Assembly: GCA_035193785.1 (NCBI GenBank)
Contig: CP136572.1
Location: 2,580,578-2,644,577, forward strand
Length of the DNA stretch: 64,000 bases
Origin: Planktothrix sp. GU0601_MAG3
Lineage (GTDB): Bacteria; Cyanobacteriota; Cyanobacteriia; Cyanobacteriales; Microcoleaceae
Reading direction: 5' to 3'
Shown: piece by piece, positions 23,674-36,233 of the stretch
Layout of the letters: each line of letters opens with the position of its first letter
Numbering within the stretch: position 1 is the first letter of the stretch
Made by a program: the position numbers and the translations under genes
Notes under the pieces: model-generated
Told to the model about the DNA's origin: nothing
What the model saw: only the letters and a program-made list of their open reading frames with translations
Database searches by the model: none

Positions 23674-26600
23674 TTACCAAGGACTCCCAATTAAAGTAAA
23701 ACCCGCCCAATAAAAAGGATGGGATAAATTAACATTTCCCCGAGCAGCAATTTCTGGAGGTAGGGGAATTTTAGTGGTATTTATTCCAGTTTCATTAATT
23801 AAATAACCCTGTTCTAAACGAACTTTTCCCTGTAACATTCCGAGTTGAGCTTGTCGTAGAGCTTCTGCTTTAATCGGACTGGTTGATAGGGCTTGATAAA
23901 AGGTATTCATTAACCCTAAAGTTCCTGCATCGCTCACATACCATAAACTAGCTAAAGCCGATTTAACCCCGGCTTGCACCGCTAACCCTGCAAACCCTAA
24001 TTCCGCTTTTTCATCCCCTACGGCCGTTGTACAAGCACTCAAAACCAATAATTCTACCGGAGGCTGATTTAACTTGAGGTTTCTCAGTTGATTTAAGCGT
24101 AATTTTTGATCCCAAAATTGAATATAGGATTGGTCAGAACCTCCGGTTTGAAATTCTCCATGGGTGGCTAAATGCACAATGGAAAATTGATGTTGACTGC
24201 GTTGGGATGTAAGATTATCAACGGTAAAATTCTCATTTAAAAATGATTTTCCTTGCCAAGTATTACGGTTAATAATTAAGTCTAATTCCATCGGAACTGC
24301 GGGGAGGGGGAGTTGATTGGAATTGGGAAAAGTAGAGGCTCCCATCGCTAATATTTTAGAATTTTTAATATTAACATAGCGAGTATCTGTTAAACTTAAA
24401 CTGGGAATTAGTCCCAAACTATAGCGTTCTAATAGAAATTGCTTCCCATCGTATAAGGCGGCTAGGGGTAGGGTTCTTAATCCCGTATCCATGGAAAAGA
24501 CTAGGGTATTAATTCCTTCGGCTTCTAATTGACTTTCCAGAGGCTCAATTAACCATTCATATAATTGTTTACCATTTTCTTTATAGCGGGTATCCTCTAA
24601 ATTTTCGGGGGAAACGAATTTGATTAGAAAAAGTTCTCGCGGTTTTTAATACCATTTCTCGCGGAACTGGAATACTTTTAAATATTGGTTGTCCTCCGGG
24701 TAAAATCAACCTTAATTCTAATTGATTCGATTGACTGGATACATAGACAATGGCGGTTTTATATCCGGTTAATTTATAGATTTCATTTAAGGTTTTACGA
24801 ATACTTTGATTGGTAAGGGGTGTATTATTTGAGTTAGAACCTAAATAGTTAGAAAATTCAATTCCGCGAAACGTATCAATTTGAGCTAAGGAAGAAATAA
24901 CCGAACCCGAAGCAATTTGATCCGTGGGAATAGTAGGGGTATTTAAGGGAATAATCGGGGCTTCTAAGGTTTCTTCGGGACTGGATGAAATATCCGAGGT
25001 ATCCTCTAAAGCAACATCCGATGTTGTGGTTAAAACGGGGGTATTATTATCGGTTTTAGGGGGTATGGGTGAGGTTTGGGTTTCTTGATTTGTCCCTTGT
25101 AATTCGGAATTAATTTGATTAACAACAGCCTGGGTTTCTGCCGTTGATTTATTGGAATTTGGGGAGGAATTAGTTGGAGGTAAAATACTAACTAAATTGC
25201 CATCGGTAATTGCTCCAGCCGTTCCATTTAAAAGGGGATTTCCCACGGTAAAAGGAATATTACCACATTCAGCCGTGCTACAATATTCGCCTCCTTGTTG
25301 AATCACAATTACTCCTCCGTTTTCCCCCCCTGCACTTGAAATACTGGCGTTAATTTGATTACGACTATTAAAAGTTCCCGTAGCTCTAAATAACCCACGA
25401 GTTGAAATTCCAATATCACCCCCTTGAGTTACTCCTTCCCCCCGTAGGGAAACTACATCAATATCCTGGGAAGCATTTAAGGAAATATTGCCACCTTTTC
25501 CCTCGGAGGAACTAGCATTAATTCTTCCCGTATTAATGCTAGAACCTGCAACCACAACAATATCCCCTCCTCTAATACTTCCGACGGAATTTAAGTTTCC
25601 TGACTGTATTGTTCCCGTCGTGCTATTCAGATTAATTCCTCGATAGGCTTTAATATCTCCGGTGGTAATATTGCTATTTGCTAATAACTCAATAGCTATG
25701 GAATCACCCACCAAGGATGAATTTAAAATCTGACCATTGACTCTAATTCCGCCATTACGACTGATTAAATTAATATATTGGCTATTTAATAAAACATTGC
25801 CATTTTTATTGCTATTATCCTGAGCCATAGAACGAATTTCTCCCGTTTCAATCTGACCCGAGGCGGATATATTAATATTTCCGTTGCTTTGATTTTCTGA
25901 TAATAATTGTAACGTTCCCGTCCGAATTTCTCCTTGAGAACTGGTAAGTTGAATGGTTCCTCCTTGGGTACTAATATCCCCAATTAAAATATTTGATCCG
26001 GCGGTTAAGGCGACTGACCCATTATCAACTCCCATAATCCGACCCGTTCCAATAATCGATTGTGCTTGTAAATTAATCGGATCATAAATGGTAAAATCTC
26101 CGCCTAAAGTTAAGGTATTTGTACTATCTCCACGACCAATTCTAATTTGACTAAATCCATTTGTTAAGGCTGCTAAATCCTGACTACCTATATTAAAATT
26201 AGAGGTATTTTCTGTTCCCCCTAAAGTCATAGCTTGGGTGTTCCGACTAGGTTGTAAAATTATAACTCCTGAACCTGAAACAGAATTTATTCCTCCTAAT
26301 AAATTCACTTCTGTTCCGGTTAAATGAATCGTAGCCGAGCCAGAATTTCCCGTTGATAACTGTTGGGTAGAAATAGTTCCAGATTCACTGGTAATCGAAA
26401 TATTACTACCATTTGTGAGTAGGTTTCCTAAAGTGATATTTTCTAATGCCGATAGTTTTAAACTGGCATTATCTAAACCAGTAACGGTGTAAAATTGTTC
26501 TCTAAATGGTGTTCCACTGGCAATCATACCTTGAGGAGACTGGATGAAAACGGAATCTTTGAATGTAATATTTCCAGCGATAAAAATAGTGCCGTTTCCC

Positions 26601-28988
26601 TGATTTTTCCCGATAATAATTTCTTGAAATCCATTTTCTAAACTGTTTAAATCACGAGGGTTCAAATTTAATGTGAGTCCTGAGTTATTGTCTTGACCTG
26701 CGATTTCAATATCTTGAGCTCCTGTTGCTGGTTGCAAGATAACTTGACCCTGACCTTGAATTGAATTTTCACCCCCGGTGAAATTAATTTCATCACTGGT
26801 AATTTTAATATTTCCCGTGGTAGGTTTCTAAACGATTAAATGTTCCGGTTCGTAGTCCTTTAGCTTCAACTTCTAACTCGGAATTGAGAATAATATTTCC
26901 CCCGGTTTCTTTGCCTCTAGTATCTATTAAATTTGTCCTTAAAGTTCGAGGAGTATTAATTAATATATTTCCCCCCGAACCCTCGCTAGAAGTTGCATCA
27001 ATACTATAGGAATTTCCCTCTAAAATAATATCTCCTTGTGAACTGGTGAGGTTAATATCTCCAGCTTGAACACTGCCAGAGGTATTGATACTATTAGTTT
27101 GAATGCGGTTTGATGCGTTAAGATTGACATTACCTCCAGTGCCATTTCCTATCGCGCGGGTGGAGATAGTATTAGTTATAATATCTCGACCACTTGTAAG
27201 GATTATATTCCCGCTTTGGTTACTCGCAGAAGTCGATAGGTTTTCCGTCGTAATTCCCCCATTACTGCTGGCAGTTAGGTCTAAATTTCCCCCCTGGGTA
27301 ATAAGATCTCCCGTGAGTAAATTTACCCCTGTAATCACAATTGCAGCACCGGAGGTACGGAGGGTATTTCCTGAATTTATGGTAAAATTACCACTCCCAG
27401 ATTTATCCGCATCGGCGGTAAAAGTTAGGGTTCCAGTGGTGGCAGGAAAGTTTAATTGATTATCGGTTATATTGTTAATATTAATACTATTTTTTGCTTC
27501 TATAACTACGTTTGCTGTTGGGGCAAAATTTTCCAAAGTTTGACCGGATAAGGTAATTTTTTCTTGGTTTTGATCGGAATTTCCAATATTAATTTCTGGG
27601 GCATTAATCAATAAAGTTCCAGGGGTTATATTAGTTGTTTTTAAATTGATATCTCCAGCTATATTGAGATTATTTTGACTAAAAATTGTGGCTGTTCCGC
27701 CTAATCTTTGAGTACCGTTAGAATTAGAATATCCTTGAGCACTAATATTACCAAAAAATTGGGTTAAATCATTAGCTCCAATAATGATTTTTCCCCCGTT
27801 ACCATCGGTTAAACCATCGGCTATAATAGTTGATTGATCATTAATTACTGTGCGGGAAGCTGTGGGGAAAAGACTATTTTCTTGGTAATCACTGCCAATG
27901 CGGGCGATTCCTCCACCATTGGCGGCGGAAACATCAACTTTTCCATTAAATAAATGAATATCATTGCCAATAATATTAACTTGAGGAAGATTTGATGAAG
28001 ATGAGTTAATATTGGTGTTTCTTGTATTCAAAAAACCGGAAATTAAAGCTCCCCCGCCCCGGGAAGAAAATTGTTGATTAGAAGCGCTTAATTCTAAGGT
28101 TCCGTTAGGTAAAATATTAACATTTGAGGCTTGATTATTCTCTGGATTTCCTGTTAATAATTTGGGTAAATCTAGGGGATTAATTACAGATTTATCATTC
28201 TCATAATTGGGTGTAACTGTTTCAATTTCTAAGTTGAGTAAATATCCAGTTTGACTAATTCTAACTAAGTTATTTCCCTCAATAGCTGCAATTGTAATTT
28301 GTCCGCCGGGTGCATTCAATGTTCCGGTATTAATAACATTTCCCCCCACTAAAGTTAGGGTTTGTCCCTGGGAAACCGTAAGTTCTCCAGAATTAACAAT
28401 ATTACCCGGGTTGGATGTGGAGAACAGAAAACTATTGGGTTCCCCTGAAAGGTTATTATAATCATTAGAATCTAAGCTATTAAATAAACCGGAATTAAAT
28501 CCTATTCCTGTAGCAGTTGTCGCGGTAAATGAACCCGGAACATCTAAACGCGCTCCCGGCCCAAAAATAATTCCAGAGGGATTTAAAATAAATAGGTTAG
28601 AGTTGCCTCCGGTGACTTTAATTAAACCTTCAATTAAGGAAGGTTGTCCCCCCACGACACGGCTCAAAATATTTTGAATTGAATTATTAGAAACAAAATT
28701 GGCAATTTGACCCGGTGGAACATTAAATTGGGTAAAACTATGAAATAAATTTCTCCCATCTCCTGACCGTTGACCTCCGGTAATATCCACACGATTTTCT
28801 ATGGAATTAGTCAGGGTATTGGTACTATTGGGTTCAGGAACAATAGATTGGGCTAAAACTTGATTAATGGGAAGATTAAAGTTAAGAGTATAACTCAAAA
28901 AATCCAAGAACCCATTCATCCCCACCGTCCAAAATCCAGTTAAGGGCAGGGAGATGAAAACTAACTTATAAAAACGTCCAGGCTGCAT
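23674..28988 (-). CDS. Filamentous-hemagglutinin N-terminal (TPS) domain plus beta-helix plus C-terminal CHAT protease (apparent frameshifts at ~26825 and ~24612)
   Basis: NLFHSFTQFNV, NILSRVVGG and LNPSGIIFG haemagglutinin-type motifs. The CHAT domain has HLATHGEF, LSACTTA and HPFYWAGF. Three ORFs join after two single-base removals. Confidence 0.85.
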
Positions 28989-29113
28989 AAGGGTTTATGC
29001 CTTGAATAAACAATTACCGAAAGGGAATCTACTATTTATTTTCGACAGAAGCCACCCAGATCAACTATTTCTATTACTATTATGAATAGTATTTTAGATT
29101 CTAAAACAGAATT

Positions 29114-29762
29114 ATGCGTTTAATTGGTCTTACAGGAGGGATAGGAACCGGAAAAACCACCGTCTCCAATTATCTCGCCACGACCTACCACCTCCCCATT
29201 TGGGATGCGGATTTATATGCGCGAGAGGCGGTGAAACCCGGTTCATCCGTTCTCAAACAAATTGTTGACCGCTATGGGAGGGATATTCTACTTTATGATG
29301 GTAACTTAAATCGGCAACAATTAGCTAGTCTGATTTTCTCAGACTCATCGGAAACGAACCTGGATAGAGCAACAGATTCACCCCTTTGTTCGTGATTGTT
29401 TTGTTAACAATATTAAACAATTAAAAGCTGGAAAAATCCAGACTCCCGAGGTAAACCCTTCTCCCTACGCCGATGGGGTTTTAGTGATTCCGTTACTCTT
29501 TGAATCGCAAATGACCGATTTAGTCACGGAGATTTGGGTCATTTATTGTCCTCTTGAACAGCAATGTTTGAGGTTGATAGAACGAGAAAAAATTAATTTT
29601 GGTCGAATTTTAACCCCCGACGGAGCGAAGGCTAGAATTAATAGCCAAATGTCTTTAGAGGAAAAATGTAAACGGGCGGATATAATTTTATACAATTGTT
29701 CAACTCCTTCAGAACTGTTTAAACAAGTGGATGCAGCTATTCAAAGATCAAATATCACCTGA
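29114..29762 (+). CDS. coaE: Dephospho-CoA kinase (apparent frameshift at ~29352)
   Basis: IGLTGGIGTGKTT and IPLLFE motifs; the halves join as SSERTWIEQQIHP. Confidence 0.92.
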
Positions 29763-29830
29763 AACCCCAAAAAATTGAGTTTTTCTGAAAAACAGGATAA
29801 AATAGAGCAAAGTTCAGAGAGGAAAAAATT

Positions 29831-30181
29831 ATGACAACCTCTGTACAGTTTATTGATGGATTAGACGAGGAAATTAGTGGGATTAGTCTGCGGAAAACCA
29901 AAGACTCCAAAACAAAAATTGTTGTCTTGCTATTTGAGCGTCTCCAAGCCATAGAAAGATTAAGAGCCTATCGGAAGCAAATCACTAATTTGTGGTTACG
30001 CGATGAAGAAGGAGAAATTAAAGTCACCCCCACTGGTGTGAAGTTCTTCTATGCAGAAAATGAAGATCTTTCTAAAGTTGAATGTTACTTTGAAGTCTAC
30101 TCCGAAGATGTATTTGAAAGAGTGATGCGATTTTTGAATCGTTATGCAGATGAAAATGGATTTCAATTTCAGTCTACTTAA
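29831..30181 (+). CDS. psb28: Photosystem II reaction centre Psb28-family protein
   Basis: VQFIDGLDEE, LRDEEGEI and FERVMRFLNRYADENGF match the Psb28 pattern; divergent, possibly Psb28-2-like. Confidence 0.8.
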   Translation: MTTSVQFIDGLDEEISGISLRKTKDSKTKIVVLLFERLQAIERLRAYRKQITNLWLRDEEGEIKVTPTGVKFFYAENEDLSKVECYFEVYSEDVFERVMRFLNRYADENGFQFQST

Positions 30182-30617
30182 AAAGTCCGTAGATGCTAGG
30201 GGTAATTCATAAATTACCCCCACATATAGGATCTATTTAAAATTGAAAATTATGACGGCTTAGAAGGCGCCATAGCGAGCCCTAAATCCTATTTTTCTAA
30301 TTGTTTCAAGGCTTGAAACGTGACAAAGAAAAAGCCCAATGAACCGAGGGCCGTAATCACTTGGGCAATTAAATTACCGATCGCTATTTCATCCATTGTT
30401 TTTTCTCCAATCAAACTCAATTTAGGATTGACTCCATCCTAGTGTAACCGATCCACCCAACCTATATTCCCAGAATCTGGGATAACCTGCTTCTACGGAT
30501 GACTGAAACCGATTTGATCTAATCTTCAATCAGCTTGTTGAGAAATAATACAAACCTCGCTGCTAGTGACCCTAAAGATGTTAAAACTTAGGAAAAAGCT
30601 CAGGGAGAACGCTAAAA

Positions 30618-31064
30618 ATGCAATTTCAAACCGCAATACAAGAAGCCTGTTATAACAAAGTTGCCACCTGGATGCGAGAGTTATACGGCAAATTTCCTTG
30701 TGCGAGAGAAGACGTGCCCGGGTTAGCAATGGTTATGGGTTCAGCTTTAGTTGAGGTCTTTGTGTTTCCTTGGGAAAAAGATGATGCCATCATTAATGCT
30801 CGCTCTTATGTTGTCACAGATATAGAACTTTCTCCCGATTTATTACATTTTCTCCTCCGAGAAAATCATATTATGAGATTTGGAGCCTTTGGCATTGATG
30901 AACAAGGAGATATTATTTTTGAACATACGATTGTTGGTTCCACCTGCGACAAATTAGAACTAGAAGCCTCCGTGAATGCCGTCTTAGAAATTGCCGATGA
31001 TTATGATGACAAAATTGTCGAACGTTGGGGAGGAAGACGGGCTTTAGATCGGATCTCAAGTTGA
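30618..31064 (+). CDS. YbjN/T3SS-chaperone-fold protein
   Basis: LLHFLLRENHIMRFGAFGID...ADDYDDKIVERWGG. Confidence 0.72.
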   Translation: MQFQTAIQEACYNKVATWMRELYGKFPCAREDVPGLAMVMGSALVEVFVFPWEKDDAIINARSYVVTDIELSPDLLHFLLRENHIMRFGAFGIDEQGDIIFEHTIVGSTCDKLELEASVNAVLEIADDYDDKIVERWGGRRALDRISS

Positions 31065-31068
31065 AAAT

Positions 31069-31120
31069 AATTACGAATTACGAATTGGGAATTGGGAATT
31101 GGGAATTGGGAATTGGGAAT
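31069..31120. repeat. STRR heptamers (AATTACG)2(AATTGGG)5
   Basis: Read directly. Confidence 0.85.
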
Positions 31121-31284
31121 AGACTTTACCGCAAGTGCTTTGCTGCATGAGTATTTGTCAAATACCTAATTTAGACCCACTCCGAAGATTGCAACGGTTT
31201 TATGGGTGGTTTTAATTATTTTTTTTAGTTATAATTAATTAAAATAAATCCGCCCGTAACCCTATTTTTTAATCAGGTTTTAAA

Positions 31285-33104
31285 ATGACTAATTTATTCG
31301 ATGGATTTGATCAATTATTTGAACTGGCAAAAACCTTAGATGAAAAAATAAAAAGTGGGGAAATTAAAACCGATGTACAAATAGGTTCTCGCACCAGTAT
31401 TCCTAAGATGGGGAATATTCCTAGAAATCAAACCGAATTCCGTTCTGTAATTATTACCCCTCCATCTGCTGAAACTAGAGAAGAAAACAATAATTTTTCA
31501 ACCCAAAATTCTCATTCCCCATGCAATATTTCAGAAGTGGGAGGCTTAGGAGATGTAATTAAACAATTACGAGAATTAGTTGAAATTCCTTTAAAACGTC
31601 CCGAATTGTTAGCAAAATTGGGCCTAGAAAACCCAGTCGCGGCGTGTTATTAGTCGGCCCCCCCGGAACCGGAAAAACCTTAACCGCCAGAGCATTTGCT
31701 GAGGAATTAGGAGTTAGTTATATTGCTATTGTTGGCCCGGAAGTTATGGGCAAATATTATGGAGAAGCGGAGGCCAAATTAAGACAAATTTTTGAGAAAG
31801 CCGCGAAATCAGCGCCTTGTATTATATTTATTGATGAAATTGACAGTTTAGCCCCCCATCGTTCCCAAGTAGAAGGAGAAGTCGAAAAACGATTAGTAGC
31901 TCAATTATTAGGATTAATGGATGGCTTTGCCAAAACCCCAGGGGTGATGGTTTTAGCATCAACAAATCGCCCCGATGCTATTGACCCAGCGTTACGACGT
32001 CCGGGGAGATTTGATCAGGAAATTCGCTTTCGAGTTCCTGATAGAAATGGACGGTTAGAAATCCTCAATATTCTAACACAATCCATGCCCTTACAAACCG
32101 TTAATTTAGAAGTAATTGCTGATTTATCTGTGGGATTTGTGGGGGCAGATTTAAAAGCCACTTGTCAAGCCGCAGCCTATACTGCCCTACGTCGTCAAGT
32201 TCCCTCTTTGGATGCTCCTATTCCCGATCAATTATATATTAATCAACAGGATTTTATTACCGCTTTAACGGAAATTAAGCCTTCAGTTTTGCGGTCAGTA
32301 GAAGTGGAAAATCCCAATATTTCATGGGAAGAAATTGGCGGTTTAGAGAGTATTAAACAAACCTTACAGGATTCTGTAGAAGGTCAGTTACTTTACCCAG
32401 AATTATATCAACAAACCGGAGCTAAAGCCCCGCGCGGGATTCTACTTTGGGGGCCACCAGGAACGGGTAAAACCCTATTAGCAAAAGCGATCGCATCCCA
32501 ATCTAGGGCTAATTTTATTGCGGTGAATGGCCCGGAATTATTAACCCGTTGGGTAGGAGCCGCCGAAGCCGCCGTGCGAGAATTATTTGCTAAAGCTAGA
32601 CAAGCCTCGCCTTGTGTTATTTTTATTGATGAAATTGATAGTTTAGCTCCGATTCGTGGAGCTTACATGGGAGATTCCGGGGTAAGCGATCGCGTGGTTG
32701 GGCAATTATTAACGGAATTAGACGGGTTACAAAGTTGTTCTGAAGTATTATTAATTGGGGCAACAAACCGCCCGGAAGCCATCGATCCCGCCCTGTTAAG
32801 AGCCGGACGATTAGACCTACAATTAAAGGTCGATTTACCCGATGTTAATAGTCGTTTAGCGATCCTGCAAGTTCATAATAAAAACCGTCCTTTAGTTGAT
32901 ATTAATTTAACCAATTGGGCAACGGAAACTGAAGGTTGGAATGGGGCAGATTTAGCATTATTAAGTAATCAAGCCGCCTTAGAAGCCATTCGTCGCTATC
33001 GTCGAGAGGGGTTAACAAATCCTAAAGAAATTTCGATTACGACCGAAGATTTTCGTTTAGGATATAAAATATTAATGTTAAATCGAACTCAATCCAATTG
33101 TTGA
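31285..33104 (+). CDS. CDC48-like tandem AAA+ ATPase (apparent 2-nt insertion at ~31628)
   Basis: Two GPPGTGKT Walker A motifs, two FIDEIDSL Walker B motifs, and ALRRPGRFD/ALLRAGRLD. The halves join as LGLEPSRGVLLVGPPG. Confidence 0.88.
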
Positions 33105-33147
33105 TTTAAAAGTATTTTAAAATAGGATGGGCAGGAAAACCCCGCCC

Positions 33148-34285
33148 CTATGGTGTAAAATTTAGGCGGTTTGGGGTTTCTAGGAGTTGATGTTCCTGAC
33201 GTAAATAGGATTGAATAAAAGCATCGAGTTTGCCATCCATAACATCCTGAATTGCCGTGGTTTCTTCATTGGTGCGTAAATCCTTCACCATTTGATAGGG
33301 ATGAAATACATAGTTTCTAATTTGATTTCCCCAAGCCGCTTCGACTAAATCCCCCCGAATTTCTGCTACTGCTTTTGCCCGTTGTTCTTGAGCAATAATT
33401 AACAATTTTGCCTTCAACAAAGCTAGGGCTTTTTCCTTATTTTGTAACTGAGATCGTTCTTGGGTACAACGCACAGCAATTCCCGTGGGTAGGTGAACAA
33501 TCCGCACGGCGGTTTCCACTTTGTTAACATTTTGCCCGCCTTTTCCCCCCGACCGAGTGGTGGTAATTTCTAGGTCTTTATCAGGAATATCTAACTCAAT
33601 AGAATTATCTAAAATCGGCATAATTTCCACCCCAGCAAAACTGGTTTGTCGCTTATCGTTGGCATTAAACGGTGAAATTCTAACTAAACGGTGCGTGCCT
33701 TTTTCTCCTTTTAAATAACCGTAGGCATAACGGCCGTCAATTTCCAAAGAAACCGATTTAATTCCCGCTTCATCCCCTTCAGAAATTTCCGTTAAATGTA
33801 CTTTATATCCCTGGGCTTCCCCCCAACGGGTATACATCCGCAACAGCATTTCTGTCCAGTCCTGGGCATCGGTGCCCCCAGCCCCGGCATTAATCGTTAA
33901 AATAGCACCATGTTGATCATAAATCCCTGAGAGAAGTTGTTGCAATTCCCATTGATCAAATTCTCGATTTAGTCGCAAAACCGTAGCTGTTGCTTCTTCT
34001 AATAAAGATTCATCGGTTTCTAACTCCAATAGCTCTAAAATAGCTTTGGTATCTTCAATCGCTTGCCGCCAGTGTTCCTGCTGCTGCACAATTGATTTAA
34101 GATCATTCAACTGTTGAAGGGTTTGTTGTGCAGTTTTTTGTTCATCCCAAAAGTCGGGTTGGGCTGCAACTTGCTCTAAATCTTGAATTTTAGCTTGAAG
34201 TGCAGGTAGGTCAAAGATAGTCCTGGGTTTTACCCAGGCGCTCAGATAACAGTTCGATTTCTCGTTTAATTTCTAAAACATCCAT
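33148..34285 (-). CDS. prfB: Peptide chain release factor 2 with programmed +1 frameshift
   Basis: [24 protein letters not shown] is followed by CTT-TGA-C at 34216-34210; SPF and GGQ motifs are present. Confidence 0.96.
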
Positions 34286-34373
34286 TGCGATCACTAACCG
34301 TTTTTCTATACTAAAAGGTACACTTTTAATTCTAGCGGGAATTGGGGAACAGTCAACAGTTAACACCGAAACT

Positions 34374-36072
34374 ATGTCACGTCAAATTTTTACTGGAAAT
34401 AGTCCTTTGCGCCAAATGCGACCCGTTGATCGTTGGGTAGATTTATTATGGGTTTTGGGTTTATTAGTGGCGGCGCTGACCCTCTATGGACTACATTTAG
34501 GGGGAGTCCCCCTGCGAGATTGGGATGAGGGCTTAGTGGCTCAAGTGGCGAGGGAAATTGGCAGGGGACAACAAACTTGGCTGCATCCGACTTTACATGG
34601 AATTCCCTATTTGAATAAACCTCCCTTAGTGCATTTGTTAATAGCTTTTGCCTATCAAATGGGGGGAGTAAATGAATGGATGGCGCGGCTTCCTTCGGCA
34701 TTATTAACGGCGGTTTCCGTTCCGATTTTATATGGGATTGGTTTAGAATTATTTCGCCATCGAACTTCGGCAATTTTTTCGGCTTTAGTTTATCTAACAT
34801 TATTACCTGTTATCCGTCAAGGACGGTTAGCAATGTTAGATGGGACAGTAATATTTTTATGGTTGGTTTTAGTTTGGTGTGTGTTGCGTTCTCGACGGGA
34901 TTTAAGATTTGCTTTAGGGTCGGGAATTGCCTTTGGTTTATTATGTTTAACTAAGGGAATTTTCTTAGGATTATTATTAGGGGCGATCACTTTTTTCTTT
35001 CTATTTTGGGATACGCCCCGTTTATTAACCAGTCCCTATCTATGGTTAGGTTTAGGGTTTGGTTTAGTACCTGTAGGTTTCTGGTATGGGGCACAATGGA
35101 TTTATTATGGACAGGGATTTATTCAGGGAAATTTAGTCGATCAGTCTTTCCAACGTATTCTAAAACCCGTTGAGAACCACTCCGGGCCGATTTGGTATTA
35201 TCTATTAGAACTTTTAAAATATGGCTGGCCTTGGCTATTATTTTTACCCCAGGGATTAAGATTAGCTTGGCAAAATCGGAATTTAAGTTGGGCTAAATTA
35301 ATTATAGTTTGGACGGGGATTTATTTTGTTTCTATTTCATTAATGACCACCAAATTACCCTGGTATATTTTACCGATTTATCCGGTGTTAGCGTTGGCGG
35401 TGGGACGATATTTGGCAGAAGTTTGGAAGGAAGGAGATCGGGATATTGGGTTATGGAAATTGGGTAAAGTTGGGCGCGGAAAGTATGAACATTTTGTTAA
35501 ACCTACGCCGGATCAACTCTTACCCCTGTTTGTTCTATTAGCGATTATTTCAGCCCTGGGATACTGTTATTTTGGCGGGATGCTTTCTTGGGTGATTCCT
35601 AATTTTATTGTTCAACGGGATTTACAATTCACCTTTGGAGCTTTGATGTTAACCATGTCTTTTGTGGCGGTTTTAATTAGCCAAAAAGATCGACAATTTT
35701 TACTGGTGTTATTTTGGGGAAACCTATGTATCTTTGTTACTATTTTTTACTTCTAATTATTGGGTTTGGGAACTAAATGAAGATTTTGCGGTTAAACCCG
35801 TGGCGGCTATTATTCGGGAGGGAACACCCCCGGGAGAAGAAATTTATATGGGTCATAATTCTGGGCGTCCTTCCTTGAATTTTTATAGCGATCGCCATAT
35901 TCATGCTGTTGATGATGCGACCCTCAAAGATAAATGGCAAACCCTAGAAAAACCCTATTTATTATTGAAAGAAAATACCTTGAAAAAATTACAGTTAAAC
36001 AATGTTAAAAAAATTGATCAAACTCCCGACTGGATATTAATAACTAAGAAACCTTCATCATTAAAAACATAG
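34374..36072 (+). CDS. ArnT/GT39-family membrane glycosyltransferase (apparent frameshift at ~35720)
   Basis: LRDWDEG, YLNKPPL, ARLPSA, LAMLDG, LTKG and TKLPWYILP motifs; the halves join as LFWGTYVSLLLFF. Confidence 0.85.
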
Positions 36073-36129
36073 TGCGAGCGTCCTCCATCGCTGCTCACTC
36101 ATAATCTGAAAATAGGTTTCTAATTTTAT

Positions 36130-36232
36130 CAGGACTTACGCAGAAACCGGGTTTCTGAACGAGAAATCACCGATTTCATCCGCAAAATCAGGGCTAGAAA
36201 CCCGGTTTCTTTGGTCTTGTGCGTAAGTCCTG
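36130..36232. mobile_element. MITE family A, cargo type 1
   Basis: Perfect 13-bp TIRs; flanks TTTAT/TTTAA (4 of 5 match); abuts the TPR-CHAT stop codon. Confidence 0.88.
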
Positions 36233-36233
36233 T

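Noticed and set aside
30260..30396. Possible tiny minus-strand ORF MDEIAIGNLIAQVITALGSLGF... with a GGAG upstream
   Set aside because: It is short, its frame is ambiguous and I recognise no family, so it is not supportable without homology data.
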